Assembly: GCF_963921235.1 (NCBI RefSeq)
Contig: NC_086108.1
Location: 27,344,001-27,408,000, forward strand
DNA: 64,000 bases
DNA from: Mobula hypostoma
Lineage: Eukaryota
Direction: 5' to 3'
Shown: piece after piece, positions 48,618 to 59,830 of the stretch
Layout of the letters: each line of letters starts with the position of its first letter
How positions within the stretch are numbered: the first letter of the stretch is position 1
The notes under the pieces: generated by a model
What the model saw: only the letters and a program-made list of their open reading frames with translations
What the model was told of the DNA's origin: nothing
Database searches by the model: none
Translations under genes and position numbers: made by a program

Positions 48618-50627
48618 ACCTAGTAATCTAAATTAATAACAAATATAAAACACAAAACAATTGATAAACCATATAAACCATATAACAATTACAGCACGGA
48701 AACAAGCCATCTCGGTCCCTCTAATCCGTGCTGAACTCTTACTCTCACCTAGTCCCAATGACCTGCACTAAGCCCATAACCCTCCATTCCTTTCCTGTCC
48801 ATATAGCTATCCAATTTAACTTTAAACGACAACATCGTACCTGCCTCAACCACTTCTGCTAGAAGCTCGTTCCACACGGCTACCACTCTCTGAGTAAAGA
48901 AGTTCCCCCTCATGTTACCCCTAAACTTTTGTCCTTTAACTGTCAACTCATGTCCTCTTGTTTGAATCTTCCCCACTCTCAATGGAAAAAGCCTATCCAT
49001 GTCAACTCTATCAATCCCCCTCATAATTTTAAACACCTCTATCAAATCCCCCCTCAACCTTCTACGCTCCAAAGAATAAAGACCTAACTTGTTCAACCTT
49101 TCTCTGTAACTTAGGAGATGAAACCCAGGCAACATTTTAGTAAACCACCTCTGTACTCTCTCAATTTTATTGACATCCTTCCTATAATTTGGTGACCAGA
49201 ACTGTACACAATACTCCAAATTTAGCCTTTCCAATGCCTTATACAATTTCAACATTACATCCCAACTCCTATACTCAATGCTCTGATTAATAAAGGCCAG
49301 CATACCCAAAGCTTTCTTTAACACCCTATCCAAATAAGATTCCACCTTCAGGGAACTATGCATCATTATTCCTAGATCCCTCTGTTCTACAGCATTATTC
49401 AATGCCGTACCATTTACCATGTCCTATTTTGATTAGTCCTACCAAAATGTAGCACCTCACATTTTTCAGCATTAAACTCCATCTGCCATCTTTCAGCCCA
49501 CTCTTCTAACTGGCCTAAATCTCTCTGGAAGCTTTGAAAACCTACTTCATCATCCACAATGCCACCTATCTTAGTATCATCTGCATACTTACTAATCCAA
49601 TTGACCACCCCATCATCCAGATCATTAATATATATGACAAACAACACTGGACACAGTACAGATCCCTGAGGCACACCGCTACACACCGTCCTCCAATCTG
49701 ACACACAGTTATCCACCACCACTCTCTGGCGTCTCCCATCTAGCCACTGCTGAATCCATTTTACTACTTCCATATTAATGCCTAACGATTGAACCTTCCT
49801 AACTAACCTTCCATGTGGAACCTTGTCAAAGGCCTTACTGAAGTCCATATAGACAACATCCACCACTTTACCCTCATCAACTTTCTTAGTAACCTCATCA
49901 AAAAATTCAGTAAGATTTGTCTAACATGACCTTCCACGCACAAATCCATGTTGACTGTTCCTAATCAGACCCTGTCTATCCAGATAATTACATATACCAC
50001 CTCTAAGAATACTTTCCATCAATTTACCCAGCACTGATGTCAAACTCACAGGCCGATAATTGCCAGCTTTACTCTTAGAACCCTTTTTAAACAATGGAAC
50101 CGCATGAACAATACGCCAATCCTCCGGCACCATTCCCATTTCTAATGACATTTGAAATATTTCTGTCAGAGCCCCTGCTATTTCTACACTAACTTCCCTC
50201 AAGATCGTAGGGAATATCTTGTCCAGACCCAGAGACTTATCCACTTTTATATTCCTTAGAAGCGCCAGTACTTCCTCTTCTTTAATTGTCATACTTTCCA
50301 TAATTACCCTTCTTGTTTCCTTTACAATACACAATTCAATATCCTTCTCCTTAGTGAATACCGAAGAAAAGAAATTGTGCAAAATCTCCCCATCTCTTTT
50401 GGCTCCGCACATAGCCGTCTACTCTGATTCTTCAAGGGACCAATTTTATCCCTCACTATCCTTTTGCCACTAACATAACTGTAGAAACCCTTTGGATTTA
50501 TTTTCACCTTACTTGCCAAAGCAGCCTCGTATTTTCTTTTAGCTTTTCCAATTTCTTTCTTAAGATTCTTTTTACACTCTTTATATTCCTCGAGTACCTC
50601 ATTAACTCCAAGCTGCCTATATTTATT

Positions 50628-51904
50628 CAGTTCCCCTCTACCACCACTCTGCTCCGTCTAGCGGAATTAGTCCTTACTCTTAATAATTTCTCCTTTTGCT
50701 CCTCCCATTTCCTCCAAACTAAAGGTGTAGCTATGGGCACCCGTATGGGTCCAAGCTATGCCTGCCTTTTGTTGGGTTTGTGGAACAATCTATGTTCCGT
50801 GCCTATTCTGGTATCTGTCCCCCACTTTTCCTTCGCTACATCGACGACTGCATTGGCGCTGCTTCCTGCACGCATGCAGAACTCGTTGACTTTATTAACT
50901 TTGCCTCCAACTTTCACCCTGCCCTCAAGTTTACCTGGTCCATTTCCGACACCTCCCTCCCCTTTCTAGATCTTTCTGTCTATGTCTCTGGAGACAGCTT
51001 ATCCACTGATGTCTACTATAAGCCTACTGACTCTCACAGCTATCTGGACTATTCCTCTTCTCACCCTGTCTCTTGCAAAAACGCCATCCCCTTCTCGCAA
51101 TTCCTCCGTCTCCGCCGCATCTGCTCTCAGGATGAGGCTTTTCATTCTAGGACGAGGGAGATGTCTTCATTTTTTAAAGAAAGGGGCTTCCCTTCCTCCA
51201 CTATCAACTCTGCTCTTAAACGCATCTCCCCCATTTCACGTACATCTGCTCTCACTCCATCCTCCCACCACCCCACTAGGAATAGGGTTCCCCTGGTCCT
51301 CACCTACCACCCCACCAGCCTCCGGGTCCAACATATTATTCTCCGTAACTTCCGCCAGCTCCAACGGGATCCCACCACTAAGCACATCTTTCCCTCCCCC
51401 ACTCTCTCTGCATTCTGCAGGGATCGCTCCCTACACAACTTCCTTGTCCATTCGTCCCCCCCATCCCTCCCCACTGATCTCCCTCCTGGCACTTATCCGT
51501 GTAAGCGGAACAAGTGCTACACATGCCCTTACACTTCCTCCCTTACCACCATTCAGGGCCCCAAACAGTCCTTCCAGGTGAGGCATCACTTCACCTGTGA
51601 GTCGACTGGGGTGATATATTGCGTCCGGTGCTCCCGATGTGGCCTTTTATATATTGGTGAGACCCGACGCAGACTGGGAGACCGCTTTGCTGAACATATA
51701 CGCTCTGTCCGCCAGAGAAAGCAGGATCTCCCAGTGGCCACACATTTTAATTCCACATCCCATTCCCATTCTGACATGTCTATCCACGGCCTCTTCTACT
51801 GTAAAGATGAAGCCACACTCAGGTTGGAGGAACAACACCTTATATTCCGTCTGGGTAGCCTCCAACCTGATGGCATGAACATTGACTTCTCTAACTTCCG
51901 CTAA
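50628..51904 (+). pseudogene. PLE polyprotein C-terminal half (RT, Cys-rich linker, GIY-YIG endonuclease)
   Basis: GVAMGTRMGPSYA, then a frameshift near 50770, then a 374-aa open frame with RYIDD, LPFLD, YKPTD, CKRNKCYTC, VIYCVRCSRCGLLYIGET and RFAEH. Confidence 0.9.
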
Positions 51905-52200
51905 GGCCCCACCTCCCCCTCGTACCCCATCTGTTACTCATTTTTATGCACACATCCTTTCTCTCACTCTCCTTTTTCTCCCTCTGTCCCTCTGAATATA
52001 CCTCTTGCCCATCTTCTGGGTCACCCCCCCCCCTTGTCTTTCTTCCCGGACCTCCTGTCCCATGATCCTCTGGTATCCCCTTTTGCCTATTACCTGTCCA
52101 GCTCTCGGCTCTATCCCTCCCCCTCCTGTCTTCTCCTATCATTTTGGATCTCCCCCTCCCCCTCCAGCTTTCAAATCCCTTACTCACTCTTCCTTCAGTT

Positions 52201-52236
52201 AGTCCTGACGAAGAGTCTCGGCCTGAAACGTCGACT
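52201..52236 (+). ncRNA. Minimal type I hammerhead ribozyme motif of the PLE 3' repeat
   Basis: AGTC-CTGACGA-A-GAGT-CTCG-GCCT-GAAA-CGTC^GACT: both core boxes, stem I AGTC/GACT, palindromic ACGT stem III and a GUC cleavage triplet. Confidence 0.7.
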
Positions 52237-52432
52237 GCGCCTCTTCCTATAGATGCTGCTTGGCCTGCTGCGTTCATCAGCAACTTTGATGTATGTTGCT
52301 TGAATTTCCAGCATCTGCAGTATTCCTGTTGTTTATATTTATTGAGATCCCTGTCTTTTTCCGAACCAAGTTTCCAATATCTCTTGAAATCCATGGCTCT
52401 CTCAAACTTTTAACCTTTCCTTTCAACCTAAC

Positions 52433-53025
52433 CTGCGCAGCCATCTGGTGGAAAATGATATCGTATCCGTTAAATAGGGCCCATGGATAATTCTGATTTG
52501 ATGGAGAATGGACGTGAAAGCACAGAGAAACATCTGGAGAAATTTCTGAAACGCCCGTTCGCTGCTGTCGTTACTGTGTGGTCGTGAATCTTTTGGTGGA
52601 TAGGCCTCAAAATCCCCGGTCTTGCCTGATTTTGGCGACCGAGAAGGAGGTTGAATCATTCGGACAGAGATGGCGCTCAGTACTCAGTGTCGGAGAGCTG
52701 ATCAGAGCTCCAAGTTTTCGGATGACTCAGAGTCGGATTGTGGTCGGCATGGCAGGGAGAGTTTTTCTTCCTTCTCCCGTCTGTGTGAGATGTGGGACAT
52801 CTGAGAAACTTTGAACTTTACTGTGCTCACAGACTTCTTCATCAAGTTATGGTATTGTTACACTGTTTGTAACTATATATTATCATTATGGAATTTGGCA
52901 GTTTTTTCAGTCTTAGTTTGTCCTGTGTTTTGTGATATCACACCGGAGGAAATAATGTATCATTTCTTAATGCATGCGTTACTAAATGACAATTAGAAGT
53001 GGACTACGTGTCTTCATAATCATCA
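52433..53025 (+). mobile_element. Non-autonomous retroelement inserted in CR1 ORF2 (family of 1-438)
   Basis: The CR1 frame ...NLYVPV|RLKGKVK... is split here. TAAC is duplicated at 52429-52432 and 53026-53029. Tail CATAATCATCA. Confidence 0.75.
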
Positions 53026-54102
53026 TAACAGGAACATAAAGATTCTGAAGCCTCAAAATTTCACCTTTAAATGACCTCCATTTTTCTGTTACATCCTTTC
53101 CATAAAACAAATTGTTCCAATCCACTCCTTCTAAATCCTTTTGCATCTTCTCAAAGTTAGCCTTTCTCCAATCAAAAATCTCAATCCTAGGTCCAGTCAT
53201 ATCCTTCTCCATACTTACACTGGAACTAATGGTATTGTGATCACTGGACCCGAAGTTCTCCCCAACACATACCTCCGTCACCTGCCCTGTCTCATTCCCT
53301 AACAGGAGATCCAACACTGCCCCTTCTCTAGTTGGTACCTCTATGAATTGCTCCAAAAAACTATCTTGCACACATTTGACAAACTCCAAACCATCCAGCC
53401 CTTTTACAGAATGGGCTTCCCATTCTATGTTTGGAAAATTAAAATCTCCCACAATCACAGCCTTGAGCTTACTACAAATATCTGCTATCTCCTTACAAAT
53501 TTGCCTCTCCAGTTCTCAGTCCCCATTAGGTGGTCTATAATACACCCCTATAAGCGTCACAACACCTTTCCGATTCCTCAATTCCACCCAAATAGCCTCC
53601 CTAGATGAGTCCACTAATCTATCCTGCCAGAGCACCGCTGTTATATATTCTCTGACAAGCAATGCAACACCTCCCCCTCTTGTCCCTCTGATTCTATCAC
53701 ACCTGAAGCAACGAAATCCTGGAATATTTAGTTGCCAATCACACCCCTCCTGCAACCACATTTCACTAATAGCTACAACATCATATTTCCAGGTATCAAT
53801 CCATGCTGTAAACTCATCCACCATTCTTACAATGCTCCTAGCATTAAAATAGATGCATTTAAGAAACTCTCCACTTCCCACTCTCTGTTTATCCTTAATG
53901 GAGCAAACAACTTTGTTATCTTTTTCTTCCTTTTCCCCTACATCAACCTCCCCTTTCCTAGTAGCCTTAATTTGATTCCCTCCCCCCAACCATTCTAGTT
54001 TAAAGTCACCTCAGTAGCCCTTGTAAATCTCCCCGCCAGGATATTGTTCCTCTTAGGATTCAAGTGAAACCCATCCCCTTTGTACAGGTCACGCCTGCGC
54101 TA

Positions 54103-54930
54103 CTAGTGGTCCCAATGATCCAAAAACCTGAATCCCTGCCCCCTGCACCAATCCCTCAGCCACGCATTAATCCTACATCTCATTGCATTCCTACTCTCAC
54201 TATCACGTAGCAAAGGCAGTAACCCCGAGATTACTACCTTTATGGTCCTTTTTCTCAACTTCCTTCCTAACTCCCTATATTCTTCTTTCAGGACCTCTCC
54301 ACTTTTCCAACCTATGTCATTGGTACCTATATGTACCACGACCTCTGCCTCCTCTCCCTCCCACTTCAGGATCTCTTGGACGTGATCAGAAACATCCCAG
54401 ACCCTGGCACCAGGGAGGCAAACTACCATCTGGGTCTCCAGACTTCGTTCACAGAATCGTCTATCTAACCCCCTAACTATTGCGTCCCCTGTTACTACTG
54501 CCCTCCTCTTCCGTTCACTACCCTTGTTAGCTACAAGGCTGGACTCTGTGCCGGAGGCACAGCCAGTGTTGCTTCCCCCAGGTATGCTTTCCCCCCCAAC
54601 AGTACTCAAACAGGAGTACTTATTGTCAAGGGGCACAGCCACAGGGGTACTCTCTATTACCTGATTCTTCCTATTCCCCCTCCTAACCTTGACCCACTTG
54701 TCTGCCCCCCGTGACCCCGGTGTGACCATCTGCCTGTAACTCCTCTCTGTCAATTCCTCACTCTCCCTGATAAGATGAAGGTCATCGAGCTGCAGCTCCA
54801 GTTTCCTAACATGGTCTCTTAGGAGCTGCATCTCTACGCACCTGGCGTAGATGTGGATGTCCGGGAGGCTGGGAGACTCCACTACCTCCCACATCCGGCA
54901 CTGAGAACAACAAGCTGCCCTCACACTCAT
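54103..54930 (-). pseudogene. CR1 ORF1p with N-terminal Cys motif and SGNH/GDSL esterase domain
   Basis: CSQCRMW, a leucine-zipper-like stretch, VVTGDAIVR, CLPGARV and VVHIGTND. The DGFHL block lies just beyond the stop, at about 54061-54075. Confidence 0.85.
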
Positions 54931-55252
54931 ACTTCCCCCCTCTTCAAATAACAGGGGGAAAAAAATGAAAAACCAAACCCTCTTTGCCTCACCCATTTAA
55001 CCAAAGCCTTTAAGCCTTCATACTGCTCCCGGCTCACTCCGCAGCCCGCAAACTACGCATGATTGCGTGAGTATTCACCCCCCGCCCTCGAATAAGACAA
55101 ACCAAATCATTATAGTGGAGCCAATTGGTTTTAGAAGTCATATAATTAGTTAAATGGAGATCTGTGTGCTGTTAAGGTGTTTCAATTGATTGTACACCTG
55201 TATCTGAAAGGTCCAACTGCTTGTGAGTCAGTATCCTGGCAAAAACTACACC

Positions 55253-56195
55253 ATGAAGACAAAAGAATACTCCAAGCAACTCACCAAAAAAAGGTTATTG
55301 AAAAACACAAGTCAGGAGACGGATACTATAAAATTTCCAAGTCACGGAATATCCCTTAGAGTACAGTTAATTCTGTCATCAAGAAATGGAAAAAATGCGG
55401 CAGAGCTCTAAATCTGCCTACAGCAGACCATCCTCGAAAACAGAGTGAGCATGTAAGAAGGGGACTAATGAGGGAGGCCACCCAGAGACCTGTGACACCT
55501 CTGAAGGAGTTACATGCTTCAGTGGCTGAGATGGGAGAGACTGCACGTACAACAACTGTTGCCTGGATACTTCACCAGTAGCAGCTTTATGTGAAAGTGA
55601 CAAACAGAAAACCACTGTTGAAAACATCTCACACGAAATCTCAGCTAGAGTTGGTCAGAAGCAATGTGGGAGAGTCTGAAGTCAGCTGGAAAAAGGTTCT
55701 ATGGTCTGATGAGACCAGAATTGAGCTTTTTTGGCCATCAGACTAAATGCTATTTTTGGCATAAGCCAAATACCGCACATCATCAAATATTCACCATCCC
55801 TACTGTGAAACATGGTGGTGGCTTCATCATGTTGTGGGAATGCTTCACTGCAGCAAGCCCTGGAAGGCTTGTGAAGGTAGAGGGTAAAATGAATGCAGCA
55901 AAATACAGGGAAATCCTGAAGGAAAAGCTGATGAAGTCTGTCAGAGAACTGCGACTTGGGAGAAGATTGGTCTTCCAGCAAGGCAATGACCTCAAGCGTA
56001 AAGCCAAAGCTACACAGGAATGGCTTAAGACAACAAAGTTAATGTCCTGGAGTGACAAGTCAGGGTCCACACCTCAATCCAATTAAGAATTTGTGACTGG
56101 ACTTGAAAAGAGCTGCTCACTCACAATCCCCCAAGCAACCTGACAGCCCTTGAGCAGTTTTGTCAAGAAGAATGGGAAAAATTGCAGTGTCCAGA
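55253..56195 (+). pseudogene. Tc1 transposase relic
   Basis: MKTKEYSKQL, HKSGDGYYKISK, VLWSDET, PTVKHGGGFIMLW, VFQQGND and LNPIKNL, with stops and frameshifts. Confidence 0.88.
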
Positions 56196-58639
56196 TATAC
56201 AGGGTGAATACTCATGCAATCAATTATTTTGTGTTTTATATCTGTCATTCATTTAGATCACTTTGGGGAGATCTGTTTTCACTTTGACATGAAAGAGTCT
56301 TTTTCTGTTGATCAGTGTCTAAAAAGCCGAATTAAATCCACTGCGGTGGTTCAATGTTGTAAAACAATGAAACATGAAACTTCCAAAGGGGGATGAATAC
56401 TTTTTATAGGTACTTGATCTTTCCTACATTAGCCTATGCTCCCTATTTCTTGATTACCCAGCCCTGGAAAAGAGACTGAGTGCATTCACCCTATCTATAT
56501 TCCAAGAACAAGTCCCAGCCTGTCTAACCTCTCTCAAACACTCCGTCCCAAAAATACTGGGAAAAATCCTTGTTAATCTTTCCTTATCCTTTCTAGTTTA
56601 ATAACGTATTTCCCATAGCAGTGAACAGAAAACTCCAAGTATGGCCTCAACAGCATCTTCTAGATCCATACCATGACCTCCTAACTTCTGAAATCAGTGT
56701 CCTGACTGATGAAGATTAGTCTGCCAAAAGCCTTCTTCACCACATTGGCCACCTGTGAAGGATAACGGTGATGAATAAAATATTGTCCGAACACAGCTAG
56801 AAAGGAGTGATAACTCAATTTTGTGTTGACAATGACATGAAAGAAATGAAGATTTCGTCAAACTTTGTTGGTTTGTTTCTTTCCAGAAATTTTATCACTC
56901 AGCAGATATATTGAGAATGCCCTCCACCTGACAGCCGCAAGACATTGTGTCTGACTGATCATTTTTTGGTGCTAAACCTACTTCTTGGCAGATTGCAGCA
57001 TACGCTCTCTTCAGCTCCTATGCACGTTTGAATTAATGGTGAAATCTCCTTGCTCCTGAAAAGGAGCAGCGCTCAGGACAATCTTCTATCACCTTATCTA
57101 ATGAGAGACAGAGATCCCATGTGTACATTCCTCTAAGAATAAGCAGATTTGCAATCAGAAACCAGATTTTTCATGCAATGTGCTCAGACATATCATATCC
57201 ACTGTGACTTTCTGCTCACTTTAATGTAGCTGCCTGTACAGAGACTCAGAAAAGTCAAAATTGAATGCCTTACACGTACCAATGTTTTTTTTAATAACTG
57301 AAATCAAACTGACTGCAGTGAACATCAACAAAAACTAAAACCAAAACCTATTGAGCTGATATAAAAATTTGAAGATAAAAACCTGCAAGATTCACATCAT
57401 GAGTGCCACATTTTTAAAAATAGATCATCCGTTGTGAAACAGTTTGAGACCTTTAGGGATGTGAAAGGCATTATTTAAATAAAAACACTCTCTGCTCCAT
57501 CCCTTGCTACTGTACTTGGGCTGGACTGTGGTCAGACCCTATGATTTGTTAATTTGCTGCTTAGGGTTCCAACTGAAACAACTGTAAATTTTATTGATGT
57601 GAAGAAAAAATGGAGGCTTGAGCCACAAATCTGGAAATCTGTGCAGACAAACAAACCATGTCATCTGGAAAGAGTAAAAATGACTTATTCTCAGACAATA
57701 GCTGACATCAGTGGTAATTGGAGCTTCTCATTATCTTCCTTGTGCTGATATTTTCTGTGTGCCAGAAACACAATATCAACCTACAATGACATTTAATACT
57801 CATCTCTACCTGCTGTTATATGTCTGCTCCTGCACAGGATTCGATTACAAGTTGAAGGAGGCCGAGGGAGAGGAGCAATTCTAGACTTTCAATGAAAGAA
57901 GAGATGCAAACCAATTTGTTTAATTGCAGCTATGAATTTTGAATGCTAATGCATCAGCGGCATGAACAGTTAGTTGCTCTTACATGCATAATTTGCACAG
58001 ATGTGATAAAATAAACATAACTGTTATTTCAAGATTTCCATTTGCTATCATTCTAGGATATAATGTCTATAATTGGCCAGTTAATTACAATCATGAGATG
58101 AGATTGAAAATTTCCCATTGGCTGTGCATTGTGAATGGTGTGAGTCAACTTCAAGATGTTTTTTTAAAGCATTAATTTTTCAGGATCTGTATATTGATGG
58201 CTAGGTCTCTATTTATTGTTCATCCCTGGGAAGATAATGAAGTACCTTTGAGAACCATGTAGTCCTTCTGGTGTAGGTGTTCCCATAATGGTTTCAAGGT
58301 GAGTCTTCCCAGATTTAGAACCAATGATGATGAAGGTTCAATTGGATAATTCCAAGAGGGAAACCTACTGGTGTCATTATTTCCATGTGCCAGCCACCTG
58401 ACTCCTTCAAAGAAGCAAAGGTTTGGGAGGTGTGTTAAAGTAATGTGGACAACTAAATGTCGTGCAGTTGTTCATCCAATACTATTCTTTCTATTTTGCT
58501 TAATCTCTTCAAAGCCAATCTCAAATATGCCAATAAACTTCCACAAATGCACTGTTGAAAGTATTCTGACTGGTTGCTATAGCAATTCCAATACATTGAA
58601 AGGCAAAAGGCTGCAGACCTGCATGATGGAACTGATGGC

Positions 58640-59830
58640 ATTGTCAACAAGTTTGCAGATGATACCAAGATAGTTGGAGGAACAGGTGGTGTTGTGGAGA
58701 AAGGTAGTCTGCAGAAGGACATGTACAGGATAAGAGAGATTATAAGACCATAAGACAAGACATAGGAGCAGAATTAGGCCATTCAGCCCATCAAAGAGTG
58801 AACAGTGAAGTGGCAAATGGAATAAAGAGCAGGGAAGTATGAAGTTATGCACTTTGGTAGGATGAATAAAGGTGTAGACTCTGTCTAAATGGAGAGAGAA
58901 TTCATAAATTGGAGGTGCTGAGGGACTTGGGACTCCTATTTCACAATTCCCTAAAGGTTACTTTGCTGTTTGAGTCTAATAAAAAAGACGAATATATTGT
59001 TACCATTTATTTCAAAAACATTTGAATATGAAAACAAGTGTAGAGAGCTGAGGCTTTATAAGGCATTGGTCACACCAAATATGGAAAATTGTTAGCAATT
59101 ATGTGCCCCATATCTAAACAAAAATGCATTGGCCTTGCAGGGAATCCAGAGAATCAGGGGAGATCTTGTTGAAATCTACTAGATACTGAAAGGGCATCAT
59201 AGTGTATGCTGGCATATAAAGACAGAAACAAGAGTTTGTGCATAAGAATTCCAACAAGCGACCAAGATGGTCGACCAAGCACCACTGTGAGACAAAATGA
59301 TCTTGAAACTCAAGGACCCCGCAATAAGCACTAATCGCGAGTACTCTTTAAACAATCACAGAATGCAGAAAATCCGTGCCAGTCAAAATAAACTTGACAA
59401 GGTGAAACAGAAAACACAAGGGATTAATGACTCTAGGTAAGACAACAACTAACAACTACAGGCCCGCAATGCTCATGACAGAGGGTTGGATAGGGTGTAT
59501 CTGGCCAAGGTATTTATATTAATAAGAGAGTCTAGAATTCAAGGGCACACCCTCCGAATAAAAGGATATTCCTTTCAAACTGAGATGAGGAGGAATTTCT
59601 TCAACCAGAAGCTGGTCAATCTGTGGAACTCATTGCAACAGAGGGCTGTGGATGTGAAGTTAATAGGTGCATTTAAAGGTAGAGATTGATAGGTTCTTGT
59701 TGGTAAAGTGCGTTAAAGGTACAGAAAGAACCCATTAAAATGGAGATCAAAAAATTCAGCCATAATGGAATGGCAGAACAGACCCAATGGACTAAGTGGC
59801 CTAATTCTGCCTCAATATCTTATGATCTTA
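58640..59830 (+). mobile_element. Old CR1 3' fragments
   Basis: [17 protein letters not shown] and EMRRNFFNQKLVNLWNSL; CR1 tail ggcctaattctgcctcaatatcttatg. Confidence 0.7.

Larger units (their letters stand above)
50628..52333 (+). mobile_element. 5'-truncated PLE (Neptune type) inserted in CR1 ORF2
   Basis: 10-bp TSD TATATTTATT at 50618-50627 and 52334-52343; RT to GIY-YIG ORF and 3' terminal repeat. Confidence 0.92.
48749..53870 (-). pseudogene. CR1 ORF2 (APE endonuclease plus RT), frameshifted and interrupted
   Basis: Collinear ORF pieces 53516-53989, 52982-53458, 50322-50519, 49921-50412, 49414-49866 and 48749-49420. Confidence 0.9.
48666..55059 (-). mobile_element. Near full-length CR1 LINE containing two nested insertions
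   Basis: ORF1 followed by ORF2 ([39 protein letters not shown]). (TATATGGTT)n-type tail at about 48666-48685. TGAT duplicated at 48662-48665 and 55060-55063. Confidence 0.92.
46915..56415 (+). mobile_element. Tc1-family (IR/DR-type) DNA transposon whose left TIR is split by nested insertions
   Basis: Left TIR pieces 46915-47070, 48618-48665 and 55060-55082 are the reverse complement of the right TIR 56201-56415. An inner direct repeat AGTATTCACCC is present, and a transposase relic lies between the TIRs. Confidence 0.88.
46595..56760 (-). mobile_element. Old CR1 3' fragment split by the Tc1 element (pieces at about 46595-46912 and 56416-56760)
   Basis: CR1-like sequence ...ctcagctttctatta resumes as gatctttcc...ccctggaaaagagactg after the right Tc1 TIR. 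Confidence 0.6.

Noticed and set aside
50982..51581. 199-aa alternative-frame ORF (and its mirror at 47786-48235) as an overlapping gene
   Set aside because: It is a Pro/Ser/Leu-rich by-product of the C-rich PLE coding strand, with no independent support.
47071..52333. The inverted PLE pair as the TIRs of one large transposon or a single inversion event
   Set aside because: Each copy has its own TSD, and the CR1 stays collinear across the second insertion.
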